Origin: a virus
Taxonomy: Duplodnaviria; Caudoviricetes
Length of the DNA: 64,000 nucleotides
Virus record (IMG/VR): IMGVR_UViG_3300047561_001243
Span: 36,246 to 100,245 of that record
Direction: 5' to 3' (one strand)
Positions 19,626 through 29,911 of this stretch are shown piece after piece. The notes beneath the pieces were generated by a model. It did not search any database and had not been told where the DNA came from. It saw only the letters and a program-made list of their open reading frames with translations. The position numbers and the translations under genes are program-made. How positions within the stretch are numbered: the stretch's first letter is position 1; the number at the start of each line of letters is the position of its first letter.

Positions 19626-21653
19626 ATGATGACACTTTCTTTTAGATTGGCTGATGATTTTATTTCTACCTATACTGGCAAGAAGGTTCCTTGGGGATAC
19701 CAAGATGCCGCTGGTAATTCGGTAGGGGAGATTACTTTCCTTAGAACCTATAGCCGATTGAAAGAAGATGGAACCAAAGAAACTTGGGTAGATGTATGCC
19801 AGCGAGTAATCGAGGGTATGTATTCTATTCAGAAAGACCATTGTAAGACTAGCCGTCTTCCATGGAATGATTCAAAAGCTCAGGCTTCAGCCAAGGAAGC
19901 GTTTGACCGCTTGTTCAATTTAAAGTGGACACCACCTGGCCGAGGACTATGGGTAATGGGAACCGCGCTCGTTAATGAGCAGAAGAACTCAGCAGCACTA
20001 CAAAACTGTTCGTTTGTATCAACAGGCGACATGACCAAGGTCAATCCAGCTAAGCCGTTTGCTTTTCTCATGGAAGCATCCATGCTTGGAGTAGGGGTTG
20101 GCTTTGACGATAAAGGGGCAGACAAGGACTTCACAATTTATGAACCACAACCAGACACAGCCCCCATCCTCATCCCCGACACCAGAGAGGGCTGGGTTGA
20201 ATCAACAGCGACCCTCATCAATGCCTTCCTCAAGCCAGATTGCAAGGCTCCAGTATTTGATTACAAAGAAATACGCCCAGCAGGCGTCCCAATCAAAACA
20301 TTTGGTGGAACTGCCGCAGGGCCAGAACCGTTAATTAGACTACATGACTACATCCGTGGGATATTCAAGGGCCGCGCAGGACAAAAGCTTACCCGTGTAG
20401 ATATCGCGGACATAGGAAACCTTATCGGTGTATGTGTAGTGTCAGGCAACGTTCGCCGTTCAGCAGAGTTGTTAATGGGTCGCTTAGATGACAAAGATTT
20501 CCTTAACCTCAAGAACAGCAAGGTATTCCCCGAGCGCAATTCCTACAGTAAGAAGGCCCCAGGCTGGGCATGGATGAGTAATAACTCTGTGTCTGTCAAT
20601 GTAGGAGATGACATGAGCCATATTGTTGATGCTATTGCCCTCAATGGTGAGCCAGGAGTTATTTGGATGGATGTTACTAAGAAGTACGGACGTCTTATTG
20701 ACCCTATCAACAATAAAGACCACCGCGCTTCAGGATACAACCCATGTGCAGAACAGAGCTTAGAATCCTATGAATGCTGCACGCTGGTCGAAACCTACCT
20801 AAACCGCCACGACAACCTTGAAGACTATAAGCGAACACTTAAGTTTGCCTACCTCTATGCCAAGACTGTTACCTTGCTTCCTACACATTGGGAAGAGACC
20901 AACGCAATCATGCAACGCAATCGCCGTATTGGTACCTCAATGTCAGGCATTGCAAACTTTGCAGACCGAGTTGGCTTACCTGCTTTGCGTGAGTGGATGG
21001 ATGGTGGATACAACACCGTACAGGCATACGACAAGACTTACTCAGAATGGCTAGGCATCCGTGAGTCAATCAAGACCACAACAGTAAAGCCATCAGGAAC
21101 GGTATCAATCTTGGCTGGAGAATCCCCTGGAGTCCACTGGACAGTGGGGGGTCAGTTCTTCTTGCGAGCTATCCGTTTTGCTAACTCTGACCCAATGCTT
21201 CCGCTATTTAAAGCTGGTAACTATACTGTTGAGCCCGCCTCAGAATCACCTGAGACAACTTCAGTTGTGTTCTTCCCAGTAGAGTCAATGGCTTTGCGTT
21301 CTGAGAAAGATGTTTCTATCTATGAGAAGGCCTCCCTTGCTGCAATGGCACAACGCCACTGGTCAGATAACTCCGTGTCAGTAACAGTATCTTTTGATGC
21401 AAAGAAAGAGAAAGAAGCAGTAGGCACAGTTCTTCACATGTTTGATGGACAACTTAAAACTGTTTCATTCCTACCTATGGGCAACGATGTTTATCCACAG
21501 ATGCCATATACCCAGATAGATAAGGCTACCTTTGAGGAATATAAGTTAAAGCTTATGACCCTTGATTTTACCGATGTCTATGCTGGTATGGCTGCTGATG
21601 CAATCGGTGAGAAGTATTGCTCAACTGATTTCTGTGAGGTTCCAAAAGCTTGA
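19626..21653 (+). CDS. nrdJ: Class II (adenosylcobalamin-dependent) ribonucleotide reductase
   Basis: PPGRGLW, LQNC, GNVRRSAE, NPCAEQ, TTVKPSGTVS, C-terminal CSTDFC. Confidence 0.95.
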   Translation: MMTLSFRLADDFISTYTGKKVPWGYQDAAGNSVGEITFLRTYSRLKEDGTKETWVDVCQRVIEGMYSIQKDHCKTSRLPWNDSKAQASAKEAFDRLFNLKWTPPGRGLWVMGTALVNEQKNSAALQNCSFVSTGDMTKVNPAKPFAFLMEASMLGVGVGFDDKGADKDFTIYEPQPDTAPILIPDTREGWVESTATLINAFLKPDCKAPVFDYKEIRPAGVPIKTFGGTAAGPEPLIRLHDYIRGIFKGRAGQKLTRVDIADIGNLIGVCVVSGNVRRSAELLMGRLDDKDFLNLKNSKVFPERNSYSKKAPGWAWMSNNSVSVNVGDDMSHIVDAIALNGEPGVIWMDVTKKYGRLIDPINNKDHRASGYNPCAEQSLESYECCTLVETYLNRHDNLEDYKRTLKFAYLYAKTVTLLPTHWEETNAIMQRNRRIGTSMSGIANFADRVGLPALREWMDGGYNTVQAYDKTYSEWLGIRESIKTTTVKPSGTVSILAGESPGVHWTVGGQFFLRAIRFANSDPMLPLFKAGNYTVEPASESPETTSVVFFPVESMALRSEKDVSIYEKASLAAMAQRHWSDNSVSVTVSFDAKKEKEAVGTVLHMFDGQLKTVSFLPMGNDVYPQMPYTQIDKATFEEYKLKLMTLDFTDVYAGMAADAIGEKYCSTDFCEVPKA

Positions 21654-22216
21654 TTTATCCAAACTCTAACAGTGAAGCTGGTCAGGAATCATTTGTTCTG
21701 ACCAGCCTTCACGGTAAGCGCAATGGTTTCTACGTTGAAGTAGGAGCCTTTCATTCTAAGATAACTAGTAATACTTACTTGCTAGAAAAAGAATTTGATT
21801 GGAAAGGGGTTGCATTTGAAATTCTCCCCGACTGCGTTGCTGAATACAATGCCAATCGTGGTAACCCATGTATTGAAACAGACGCCACAACTTTTAATTA
21901 CTTAGCGTATTTTCAAGCTAACAACGTCCCAAAGCGTATAGACTATTTGCAATTAGATATTGAGCCAGCAAGTAATACCCTTCTAGCACTAAAACAATTG
22001 CCTTTGCAAGACTACCGTTTTAATGTAATAACTTTTGAACATGACCTTTACTACTCTCCCAACAACCTTGCCATCAAAGTAGAGCAACAAGAAATACTAA
22101 AAAGTTATGGATACAAACTTGCTGCCGATAATGTTCAAGTAATAGTTGCTGGTTACCCGCCTAGGGAATTTGAAGACTGGTGGCTTGACCCTACCTACAA
22201 TAATTACAGTAGTTAG
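21650..22216 (+). CDS. FkbM-family SAM-dependent methyltransferase
   Basis: SEAGQE..., FYVEVGA, SNTYLLE, IDYLQLDIE, ITFEHD, EDWW. Confidence 0.8.
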   Translation: MIYPNSNSEAGQESFVLTSLHGKRNGFYVEVGAFHSKITSNTYLLEKEFDWKGVAFEILPDCVAEYNANRGNPCIETDATTFNYLAYFQANNVPKRIDYLQLDIEPASNTLLALKQLPLQDYRFNVITFEHDLYYSPNNLAIKVEQQEILKSYGYKLAADNVQVIVAGYPPREFEDWWLDPTYNNYSS

Positions 22217-22342
22217 GGACTCTTAAATTATCAGGATGGGTAATATATAATTTACCGCAATGATAACAAAGCACTTGCACGGTAGAGCTATCTCCCCACT
22301 GCATTTCTGCAAAATACATGGGCCAACGAAACTTAATTTTTC

Positions 22343-23044
22343 TCATTTATAAATTTTCCTTTGTCTTCGTGAGGAGTAATGACCCCAAAACACTGTAGAT
22401 AATCTTGCTTTATCATTCATAATCTTTTCTTCTTCTTCTCCGCCAATAACAATAGATTTCCAATTGTCTCGCTTGACTGGAAACACTTGAAACATGGCAG
22501 TTCCTTTAGGGATAATGCCAGTGAAATCTTCTCTAATCATAAACGGTGCATTAGCATCTGTTTTTAATATGTCTGTATCAACATAGCCAGTCAATGTCTG
22601 TATAGGTAAATCAGGATGTCCGTATGGGTGAGTGAACACTGAGGAATATCCTTTTGGAGTTCTTATAATCCAACCATGTTGAAACTTAAATACTTGTTTT
22701 GCAAACCCTGGAGGAAAATCAAAATGAGAAATTTGAGCAACATCCCACTCCGCCCAGATATTTGCTTCTTCTGGCATGTTCATAGTTTGCAATATCTTTT
22801 TTCCATTTGGCCCATCGGTTACCATAATGTCTGCCCAAAGCTCCACTATGTAACCTAACGCATAAGAATCAAAGATTGGAGCACACGACTTCACCGTTGC
22901 AACAGGATGTTTCAATCCTTCAAGGTTTGCATACTTACTTATACTCTTATAGTTCTCATTCATTACTTTGATGGCAGACTTGGGTTTGTGCGCTACCGCA
23001 CCAATGTATTTGTTGGTAGCACTAAAAATTATCTTTTTGTACAT
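22343..23044 (-). CDS. Conserved phage protein (DUF6065-like), paralog of 45187-45909
   Basis: CAPIFD..GY, TPKGYS..FTHP, GYVDTD, PF.I...F.G.IPKGT...Q..P.KR..W shared with the paralog. Confidence 0.65.
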   Translation of the reverse strand: MYKKIIFSATNKYIGAVAHKPKSAIKVMNENYKSISKYANLEGLKHPVATVKSCAPIFDSYALGYIVELWADIMVTDGPNGKKILQTMNMPEEANIWAEWDVAQISHFDFPPGFAKQVFKFQHGWIIRTPKGYSSVFTHPYGHPDLPIQTLTGYVDTDILKTDANAPFMIREDFTGIIPKGTAMFQVFPVKRDNWKSIVIGGEEEEKIMNDKARLSTVFWGHYSSRRQRKIYK

Positions 23045-23391
23045 TCTCTTTTACCCAATCTTCTAGCCAATCAACTAAGTCTTCTACCTCAACACTTTTG
23101 CCAAACTCTTCAACCAAGTCCCCGTATAGATAATCATCAATTACATATACAGGCAAGCTATTAATCGTCATCGAAGTCATCATCATCATCTATCCATTCA
23201 TCAGGGTCTACACTGGGGCTTGGATTGCCCCAATCGGGGTTGGGAACAATAGGTTCAAACCCGCTCATCAAAACCCCTCAGTCTCCTGTTTTCTCGTTGA
23301 AGGTAGACATTCTCTCTCCAAAACAAGCACATGACAGTTACAGAGCCACCAAGGGCTATAAGAATAGCCAGCAGGTCACCAGTTGTAAGTA

Positions 23392-24117
23392 TCATGCGTC
23401 TACTCTTACCTCTGAGTAACCAGTAACAGTGTTGTTATCTTCCGTTACTTCCCACTTAGGGCGCTTGGCAGATAGCAATACGGCTTTCTTCTTTGCCTTT
23501 GGTAGCGACTTCCATGCTGATTTGTGCGCCACAAAAATACTGCCTTCGGCATCTTTCTGAGTAAAGCTTAGAAGCCATGCACCACCGTCTTCAAGGTTCT
23601 TGTCGATAATGATGTGATTGAACATAGATTTCTTTCTAGCCATTGTATTACTCCTCTATTTGGTTTCCGTTTTCGTCTTGGTAAGTAACATAGTTATCGC
23701 TTCCAAAGTCCTCAATAACCCAGTCTTGAATAAACTCTAATACATCCTTTATCGTTGGTTCGCTTTCAGGTTCCCACGCTATCATTTCTTGAACGATTTG
23801 TTCAACATCGTATGATACTACGCGCATGACATTTATTTCTTTAGGCAACGCGGTTTGGGTTGGTTCTATCTGTGCCATGGCGCTTCCCCACTTTCGATTA
23901 CCTGTTTTGCTATGTCATTGACCGTTGGTTCAGGCACATCTTCTTTGCACTTGTGATGGTTGTCGATACCTGTTTCGATAAGGTCTCCACACCAACTGCA
24001 CAATGGTATTTCTCTAATTGTCATCGTTGCTCTCCATGTCATCGTTGCTCTCTTTGAAGTCGTCCTTGCATGAAGCACACCATTTACCTTCGGCATACTC
24101 CTTCTCGTTGCTCTCAC
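23392..24117 (-). CDS. Three small hypothetical genes (23392-23643, 23648-23878, 23866-24117)
   Basis: Contiguous minus-strand ORFs; starts uncertain. Confidence 0.5.
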
Positions 24118-24135
24118 ATATTTCGCATAGTTCCA

Positions 24136-24798
24136 TCACGCACCAGCTTTCTCAGTATTGTTATCTACCGCTTTGGCTTCTTCTTCGCAGTTTGGACATC
24201 CATACTCATCACTATTCCAATCATCTTTAGGATAAGTGGCAAAATCAGTATCACACTGATTACAGCGCATTTCATAGAAGCGGATAGTTTCGCTCGTTCC
24301 TGCTTTGTAGACTTCTTCCCCACCCCAGCCACCTTCCTCTTCATAATCGTTGTTGATAACTACATTGGGATACTGTCGTGATAGTTCTAGCAACACTTGG
24401 TAAGGCTGACCCCACGCAGTATCGAATCGGTAATAGAGACGGTTATCTTCCTCATCTTGTAGCGATGTATCTGAGTCACCAGTGTTATCAGGACGGGCAA
24501 CATCCCATTTAGTTCCCCAGTTGCGAACATTCCAGTTATACCAGTTGTTCTCTACCTGCATACCAGCACTGTCACAGACTGAATCGTAATCATCGAGGAT
24601 TGAATCATCGGGTTTGATGATGTTCCAAAACGCGAACACAGGACTGTTATAGGTTGATACTACTTTCTCATCTTGCTTTGTTTCCATGTTCCAACGCATA
24701 TGAGTCCTGCTAAATGGTTGGTTGAGTTGTGCTTTTATCTTTGCAATATCTTCGGGACTTCCGTCGATATTGACTCCATTGAATACCCAGTTAGGCAT
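24136..24798 (-). CDS. DUF1281/Api92-like ferredoxin-fold protein
   Basis: MPNWVFN, WYNWNVRNWGTKWD, YRFDTAW..P, YEEEG motifs. Confidence 0.75.
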   Translation of the reverse strand: MPNWVFNGVNIDGSPEDIAKIKAQLNQPFSRTHMRWNMETKQDEKVVSTYNSPVFAFWNIIKPDDSILDDYDSVCDSAGMQVENNWYNWNVRNWGTKWDVARPDNTGDSDTSLQDEEDNRLYYRFDTAWGQPYQVLLELSRQYPNVVINNDYEEEGGWGGEEVYKAGTSETIRFYEMRCNQCDTDFATYPKDDWNSDEYGCPNCEEEAKAVDNNTEKAGA

Positions 24799-25047
24799 TT
24801 GTTTCCCCTTTTCTTTTGTCCGTTCCTTGTTTAGATATTCTTGCTAGGGGCAGGAAAGGACGGAATCCCCTAGCAAGAATCTTTGTTATCTATATAGATA
24901 AAGCTTTCTCGTTGTTGATGTATTCGCATGTCTCGCATTGAAAGGGTGCGCCATTTTTTATTGGTTCTTTCCAACGCTCTCCACAATCAGCACATGCATA
25001 CTGGTATGGATAGCAGACTAGGCAGGTATCTGCACCACAGCCGTAAG

Positions 25048-26709
25048 TCATCTCTCACCTCTTATGTGCATAATGCGGTCAATCTCTGTATAAACAAACG
25101 AGTAACCGTCTAGCAATCCTTCTAAGTAATGAAAGTTTGAGTCAGCCCCGTCGCCGTCATCTATTGCGCACTGCGCTTGATACATTCGGTTCTTCATCTC
25201 TCCATAGATAAGCGCAAGGGTAGAGATATCTGTATTGGTAATGAGGTCGTTGTTTATCATGCAACCACCTCTTCGCTAATCCATTTACAGACTTCTCCTT
25301 CATAGATATCTACATCAGTAAGGTTGGCAATCGCTTTGAGCCATTGGTCATCAACCTCCATAACAATACGGTGAACAGTCATTACTTTCCCCCTTCATAC
25401 TCTCGTTGGATATCTACATAGGTATCTTTGTCATCTAAAAGCATTTCTACAAAGTCCACAATGACATCAGGGACATTGGTAGCAGGATAGGCTTTCTCAT
25501 CTGTCATCAAGTAATACTCAGTCGCTTCGAGTTCGCTAACTATATTGTTACCGTCCTCATACTCTTCGTATTCACCTTGTAGCAAGATTCTCCACTCATG
25601 TCCAAGGTCGTCCTTAGTCCAGTAATACATCGCTGGCTTGGTATCAGTCATTACCTTCCCTCCCAGTATCTAACTATCGTGGTAAGTGTGGTGTGTAGGT
25701 GGCAGTCACAATCATCTGAGGACTCCCAATGCCCGTCAAAGTGTTCGAGGTTATCTTCATAGATAAGGGTGACGAGTTCATCTATTGTGTAAGGCTTATA
25801 GTTATCCAGCTTGGTATCGGTCATTCTTCACTCGCCATAATCATTTGACCGCAACGCTGGCAGTAATGGAACGCACCGCCCCAGTCGTCGCGTGGGTTTC
25901 CCATGTCGTCGTGGCAAGGTTCGCCTTTAGAGTTGCACGCATAAAAGCCGTCCATGTGTGGTTGATTACCGCACAGGCAAACTATGTCCTCTTTTGCTTC
26001 TTGGAATATCAGTGCTGTTATCATTCGGCGCTTTCCAATACTGGTAACGAGTGAGTAATTCCCTGTGTATGGAAGTAGTAAGTAAGGCGGTCAAGTGCCT
26101 CATCTAAATCTTGGCGTATTTCGTGGTAGTCCATACCTAGTTTGCCATAGTCCACAGAAGAAGCATTGGCACGCAGGAAGGCTAAATCACTGCCACAAGT
26201 GACGAGGGTGTCAAGGATTTCAACAGCCTCAGTTTGCCCGTCTAGGTAAGCACGGCAGAGAAAGGCGTATTTGGCGTCGCTCATGCCTGTCCTGCTAACT
26301 TCTGACAGTATGTCAGGATAGATAAACAGGCTGACTGGTAGAGCGAGAAGAGATAGCCGTCGATAGGAATGAAGAGGTAATCAGGCTGGGTATCTTGTTC
26401 AGCCTTGACCTCGCAAAACTGGTGGGCTTCCTCCATGAGGTCACTACTTGCCCATGCGGTGAAGCGTGTCATGGCTTCCCATTTTTCTTTGTAATAAGGG
26501 AAGTTGCTATCAGGATTGCTAACTTGCTCGAATGTGTCAGTGCAGTCTTCCATGGCAAGAATGTCGTCATGGTCGGATAACTGTCTTGCTACATCTGCCA
26601 CAACCTCAGCCCAATGGGTGATGTTGTTAGGTCGCTCGGCGTTGATGTCGTCGGGTAGAGTCATGGTGTTGCTTTTTGCTAGTTCTAGTAATACCGCTTT
26701 GGTATCCAT
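25048..26709 (-). CDS. Run of small acidic early-type hypothetical genes (25048-25260, 25382-25651, 25821-26024, 26021-26284, 26281-26709)
   Basis: Coupled minus-strand ORFs with purine-rich SD sequences. Confidence 0.55.
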
Positions 26710-26740
26710 GTGTTCCGTCCTTTCCAAGGTCGTTGAGAGC

Positions 26741-26810
26741 AAACTACTCCCCTGTCAAGCCGAAAGCAACCCGATTAGCCCCTTTTCTCACTTTGTTATC
26801 AAATCGTTAT
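26741..26810 (-). promoter_or_regulatory. Sigma-A-like promoter TTGCTT-N17-TAGTTT with upstream GTTAT-N6-GTTAT repeat
   Basis: -35 at 26764-26769, -10 at 26741-26746, direct repeat 26795-26810. Confidence 0.5.
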
Positions 26811-26829
26811 AAAGCTTGAATACCTACAT

Positions 26830-27299
26830 AGGCAACCTGCCCCCCGTAAAAATCGGGCGCAAAAGCCAATTTCACCTGTTTATTCCCTGTGTAGAGAGAG
26901 AGTAAGAGAGAGAGATAGAAAGATAATCGTCCCTCTCCTGCCAGCCTCTCTATGCCCCTGTGAAGGCTTGCCAGTGGCATGCAGTATCTCTCTAGGCATG
27001 GTGTGGCTACCTGTATAGGTATGGCTCTCCTATCAGATAGCAGGACGGGGCAGGGGTCAGCCAATCGGGCCGTCCCCCTACTGCCCCCCTGCCGTGTGCA
27101 TGCAGTAGCCAAGTGGCTTTATCTCTTAGTCTCTTTATCTCTTTGTCGACAATTGCTAGTGCTTAGCCGCCTTGCTAACTCTTGGCAGAGGTGGCCCATG
27201 CCCGCACTGGCAACCTCTGGCCAGTCGTGGCCTGTGATAGCAGCACGGCTAAGGGCGCCGAATCTCTTCGAGATAGCAGGATAGGTAAGTGCTGGCTCT
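26830..27299 (-). ncRNA. Candidate structured non-coding RNA or cis-acting locus (about 470 nt)
   Basis: No credible ORF, nested inverted repeats, directly downstream of the cassette-1 promoter. Confidence 0.35.
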
Positions 27300-27305
27300 C
27301 AAATC

Positions 27306-27397
27306 TCTCTACCACACTGGCATCCACAAGTCAATAGGCTAGTGATAACTCTTTGGTAACAAAGTTATCCACAGGCTGTGGATAAACCTGTGGAAAA
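27306..27397 (-). promoter_or_regulatory. Cassette 1: three DnaA boxes + direct repeat + promoter TTGACT-N17-TAGAGA
   Basis: TTATCCACA 27365, TGTGGATAA 27377, TGTGGAAAA 27389; ATAAC-N6-GTAAC 27345-27360. Confidence 0.8.
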
Positions 27398-27478
27398 GTT
27401 TGGGTTGGGCTTTGATTGGGATAGCAGGGAGGAGCCCTTAGCTATCATTAGCAATATTAATCAAAGCCCAACCCAAAC
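27398..27478. repeat. Palindromic element with 20-bp perfect arms
   Basis: GTTTGGGTTGGGCTTTGATT ... AATCAAAGCCCAACCCAAAC. Confidence 0.85.
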
Positions 27479-27526
27479 AATCGGCTCATCTCATGCCAAT
27501 ACCAATACTGGTAAGCATGAAGGCAC

Positions 27527-27565
27527 AAAAAAATGGGGACCAGCCAGGTGGCCAGTCCCCATTTT
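27527..27565 (-). terminator. Intrinsic terminator
   Basis: ATGGGGAC/GTCCCCAT stem with a T-run on the minus strand, after gene 27586-27906. Confidence 0.65.
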
Positions 27566-27585
27566 CAAGCTAGGAGCGAAAGGGA

Positions 27586-28763
27586 TTAACTCTCGTCGCT
27601 TATAGTCCGCAGCTCGTTGCCAAGCGTGCGAAATTCTTCTGCTTCATACAGCATAACCGTACGGTCTTCTTCATCCAACAGGTCATATATTAATGATGAC
27701 TGCGCGATGTCGACTACTTCCTTGGCCAGGCTCATGAATCTATTCATGAACACAGCACAGTTATCGTCATCTGCAGGCCCAGCGCTAGCCAGTTCCCACA
27801 GTTCTATAACTTCAGGTACGACGTTGTCAGCCACACGTCCAAATGCAATTTGGATGTGCTCTTCCATTGCCATTGCATTGATAGATAGCGGTTTAGTTAT
27901 CACCAAGACACCTCCGCTGAATCAACTGTGTAGTCACTGATATCCATCTCGCATTCAGTGGAGTCTACCGTGCACTCAAATGCGTCGTCAAACTCACGGT
28001 TCCAACCAACAGGCGCCATAACTTTGACAGTACAGGTAAATGTAACCTGCAGTTCATACTCTTTGATAAGACTGATATCAAGCATTTCTGCAATTGCAGT
28101 GAAGTGCTCTTCTGTTTCTTCATCATAGTTCTCACCAATGTACTTCTCTACCGCTGCATGCTTATGCTGGTAATCACGCAACTGTGTGAGATAGCGTTCG
28201 TTGTTAGATGCCAGTGCTGGTATCTGCTTGTTGAGTTCGTCTAACTGATTTTGTAACTGTAATTCCTTATCTGTTTTGATAAGTTCCATCTGTTGTTACC
28301 CCTTTTCTAAGATAGCGGGGCAGGTATCTCCTGCCCCGCCAACTACTTATAGATACTTCGCTATGGATTTCATAGTCGTAGCATTTACTACTTCCTCATC
28401 TGTCATACGCAGGATAGATAAGGCGTTTGTGATGTCCTCACAGATTTCATCATAGGCATACTTAGCCATAGTAGTAAAGTCTTTCTCAGGTTCTTTTGGC
28501 AACTTGTCCTCAGTAACAATGATGTCGTAGTCAATGTTTAGAGTGTTGTTCCAAGAACGATAGTTTGTGCGTAGATTTGTTGCGTCTTTTACGTTATCCA
28601 TAGCAAACTTAGTAACTTGTTCGTTCCAAGCCTTCTTTAGTTTGTCAAACTCTGCCTCGTTTTGTTCTTGTGAAGCATAGTCATTTTTTACTTTGGCTAA
28701 CTTATTTTCTAAAGCCGTGATGACTTTATGTGTTGCTACCTTTACCGAAATGGCTCTTGCCAT
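27586..28763 (-). CDS. Three hypothetical genes (27586-27906, 27900-28289, 28347-28763)
   Basis: Minus-strand ORFs; AAGGGG SD before the 28289 and 28763 starts. Confidence 0.65.
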
Positions 28764-28792
28764 AATCGTTACCCCTTTCCTTAGGTAAGAGA

Positions 28793-28860
28793 AGTATCTC
28801 TTATCTCTCACCTAAGGACTAGAGCCCAACGATAACAATTAGATAACGAAGTTATCCACA
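28793..28860 (-). promoter_or_regulatory. Cassette 2: DnaA box + direct repeat + promoter TAGTCC-N17-GATACT
   Basis: TTATCCACA 28852-28860 (overlaps the upstream gene's stop); ATAAC-N6-ATAAC 28832-28847. Confidence 0.75.
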
Positions 28861-29406
28861 GCTTTCTTTGGCAGATTTGATAGCGTCCTCTATACTGCTA
28901 AACCCCCACGATGAATCTTGTACTTCGAGGTGGCCGCAGGATAGGCAAGCTTTCTTTATTAGATAACCGCAGACATCCCCGCGTAGGTATCGGTCATATT
29001 CTTCCACCTCATGACCGAGGCCAGTAACTGCAGTAAGTTCATCTGTAACACCGTAGGAAGCAAGTGCATCCTTAGTAGTATAGATAAACCCTACTTGGCC
29101 ACTGTCCCACTGTGCATGCTGGGCCAGTCCGTGCCAGGCGCCGATACGGATACTAATACCGCTATGGTCGTAGAGGTACAACGGCTTGATATGAATTCCG
29201 CCATTCTCTTCGATAGCAGTGTAGAGTTCTTCCCATGACTCGTAGTCTTCACTACGATAGGAAGTCTTATCGCCTAACTCATAGCGCTTATGGAAGCAAA
29301 CCATGGTGCCTATATTGTCCCACTCTCGTGGGTCCATAGGGCTCTCGTCATTCACTATCTCTATAACTAGGCCGTTATGCTCGACCTTGTCTAACACGTA
29401 ACTCAT
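28852..29406 (-). CDS. Conserved phage/plasmid hypothetical protein
   Basis: DPREWDN, LYLYDHSGI, WDSGQVGFIY, EVEEYD.YL.GD..GY, DS.WGF motifs. Confidence 0.7.
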   Translation of the reverse strand: MSYVLDKVEHNGLVIEIVNDESPMDPREWDNIGTMVCFHKRYELGDKTSYRSEDYESWEELYTAIEENGGIHIKPLYLYDHSGISIRIGAWHGLAQHAQWDSGQVGFIYTTKDALASYGVTDELTAVTGLGHEVEEYDRYLRGDVCGYLIKKACLSCGHLEVQDSSWGFSSIEDAIKSAKESCG

Positions 29407-29433
29407 ATGCATCCCTTTCTCTCGTGTAGCGCA

Positions 29434-29513
29434 ATTGTCGCAGAGTCTCCCCCGCTGGTATATAGCTCGAATGTCACGGTTGTATAACAATGTTATCCAC
29501 AGCCTGTGGAAAA
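29434..29513 (-). promoter_or_regulatory. Cassette 3: two DnaA boxes + direct repeat + promoter TATACC-N17-GACAAT
   Basis: TTATCCACA 29493, TGTGGAAAA 29505; GTCAC-N6-ATAAC 29473-29488. Confidence 0.75.
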
Positions 29514-29584
29514 GTTTGGGTCGGGCTTAGGGCTCGCTTGGCTATACGACTACGTTGCCAGCCAGCCCTAAGCCCGACCCAAAC
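29514..29584. repeat. Palindromic element with 21-bp perfect arms
   Basis: GTTTGGGTCGGGCTTAGGGCT ... AGCCCTAAGCCCGACCCAAAC. Confidence 0.85.
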
Positions 29585-29588
29585 AAAG

Positions 29589-29641
29589 TTATCCACAGGA
29601 TGTGTATAACCCTGTGGATAACTCCGTTATAGATTTGTTAC
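29589..29641 (+). promoter_or_regulatory. Three DnaA boxes at 12-bp period + inverted copy of the direct repeat
   Basis: TTATCCACA 29589, TGTGTATAA 29601, TGTGGATAA 29613; GTTAT-N6-GTTAC 29626-29641. Confidence 0.8.
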
Positions 29642-29844
29642 AGTACGCTTACGTACTTCATAGCAGTGCGGAGAACGTTGTCGTAATCGCCACTCATTGA
29701 CTCGGCGTAGTACGCATCCACTTCCTCCTTGGAAGCGCCAGCCTTTTTGATTGCACTTCCAACTGATGCCATGATTGACATTGCATTACCATCGTTGCCA
29801 GTTAGCTGAACTTCGATGTCGAACTTAGGTGTGGTTGTATCCAC
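29638..29844 (-). CDS. Conserved small phage protein
   Basis: LTGNDGNAMSIM...SGDYDNVL motif. Confidence 0.7.
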   Translation of the reverse strand: MDTTTPKFDIEVQLTGNDGNAMSIMASVGSAIKKAGASKEEVDAYYAESMSGDYDNVLRTAMKYVSVL

Positions 29845-29911
29845 GGTGGTCCCTTTCTGTTAGGTGTTTGGGTTGAGAGGGGGGATTGCTCCCCCCTCCC
29901 TAGCAGGATGG

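Noticed and set aside
21491-21499. Perfect DnaA box TTATCCACA inside nrdJ
   Set aside because: Single copy in coding sequence (V-Y-P-Q) with no adjacent direct repeat; about one chance hit is expected in the window
27259-27270. CGAA-N4-TTCG as a LexA (SOS) box
   Set aside because: The Gram-positive/actinobacterial SOS box is CGAAC-N4-GTTCG; spacing and inner bases do not match
26807-27605. ORFs 26807-27112 (-), 26979-27284 (+) and 27378-27605 (+)
   Set aside because: No convincing SD, atypical composition, and they run through low-complexity tracts, DnaA boxes and hairpins
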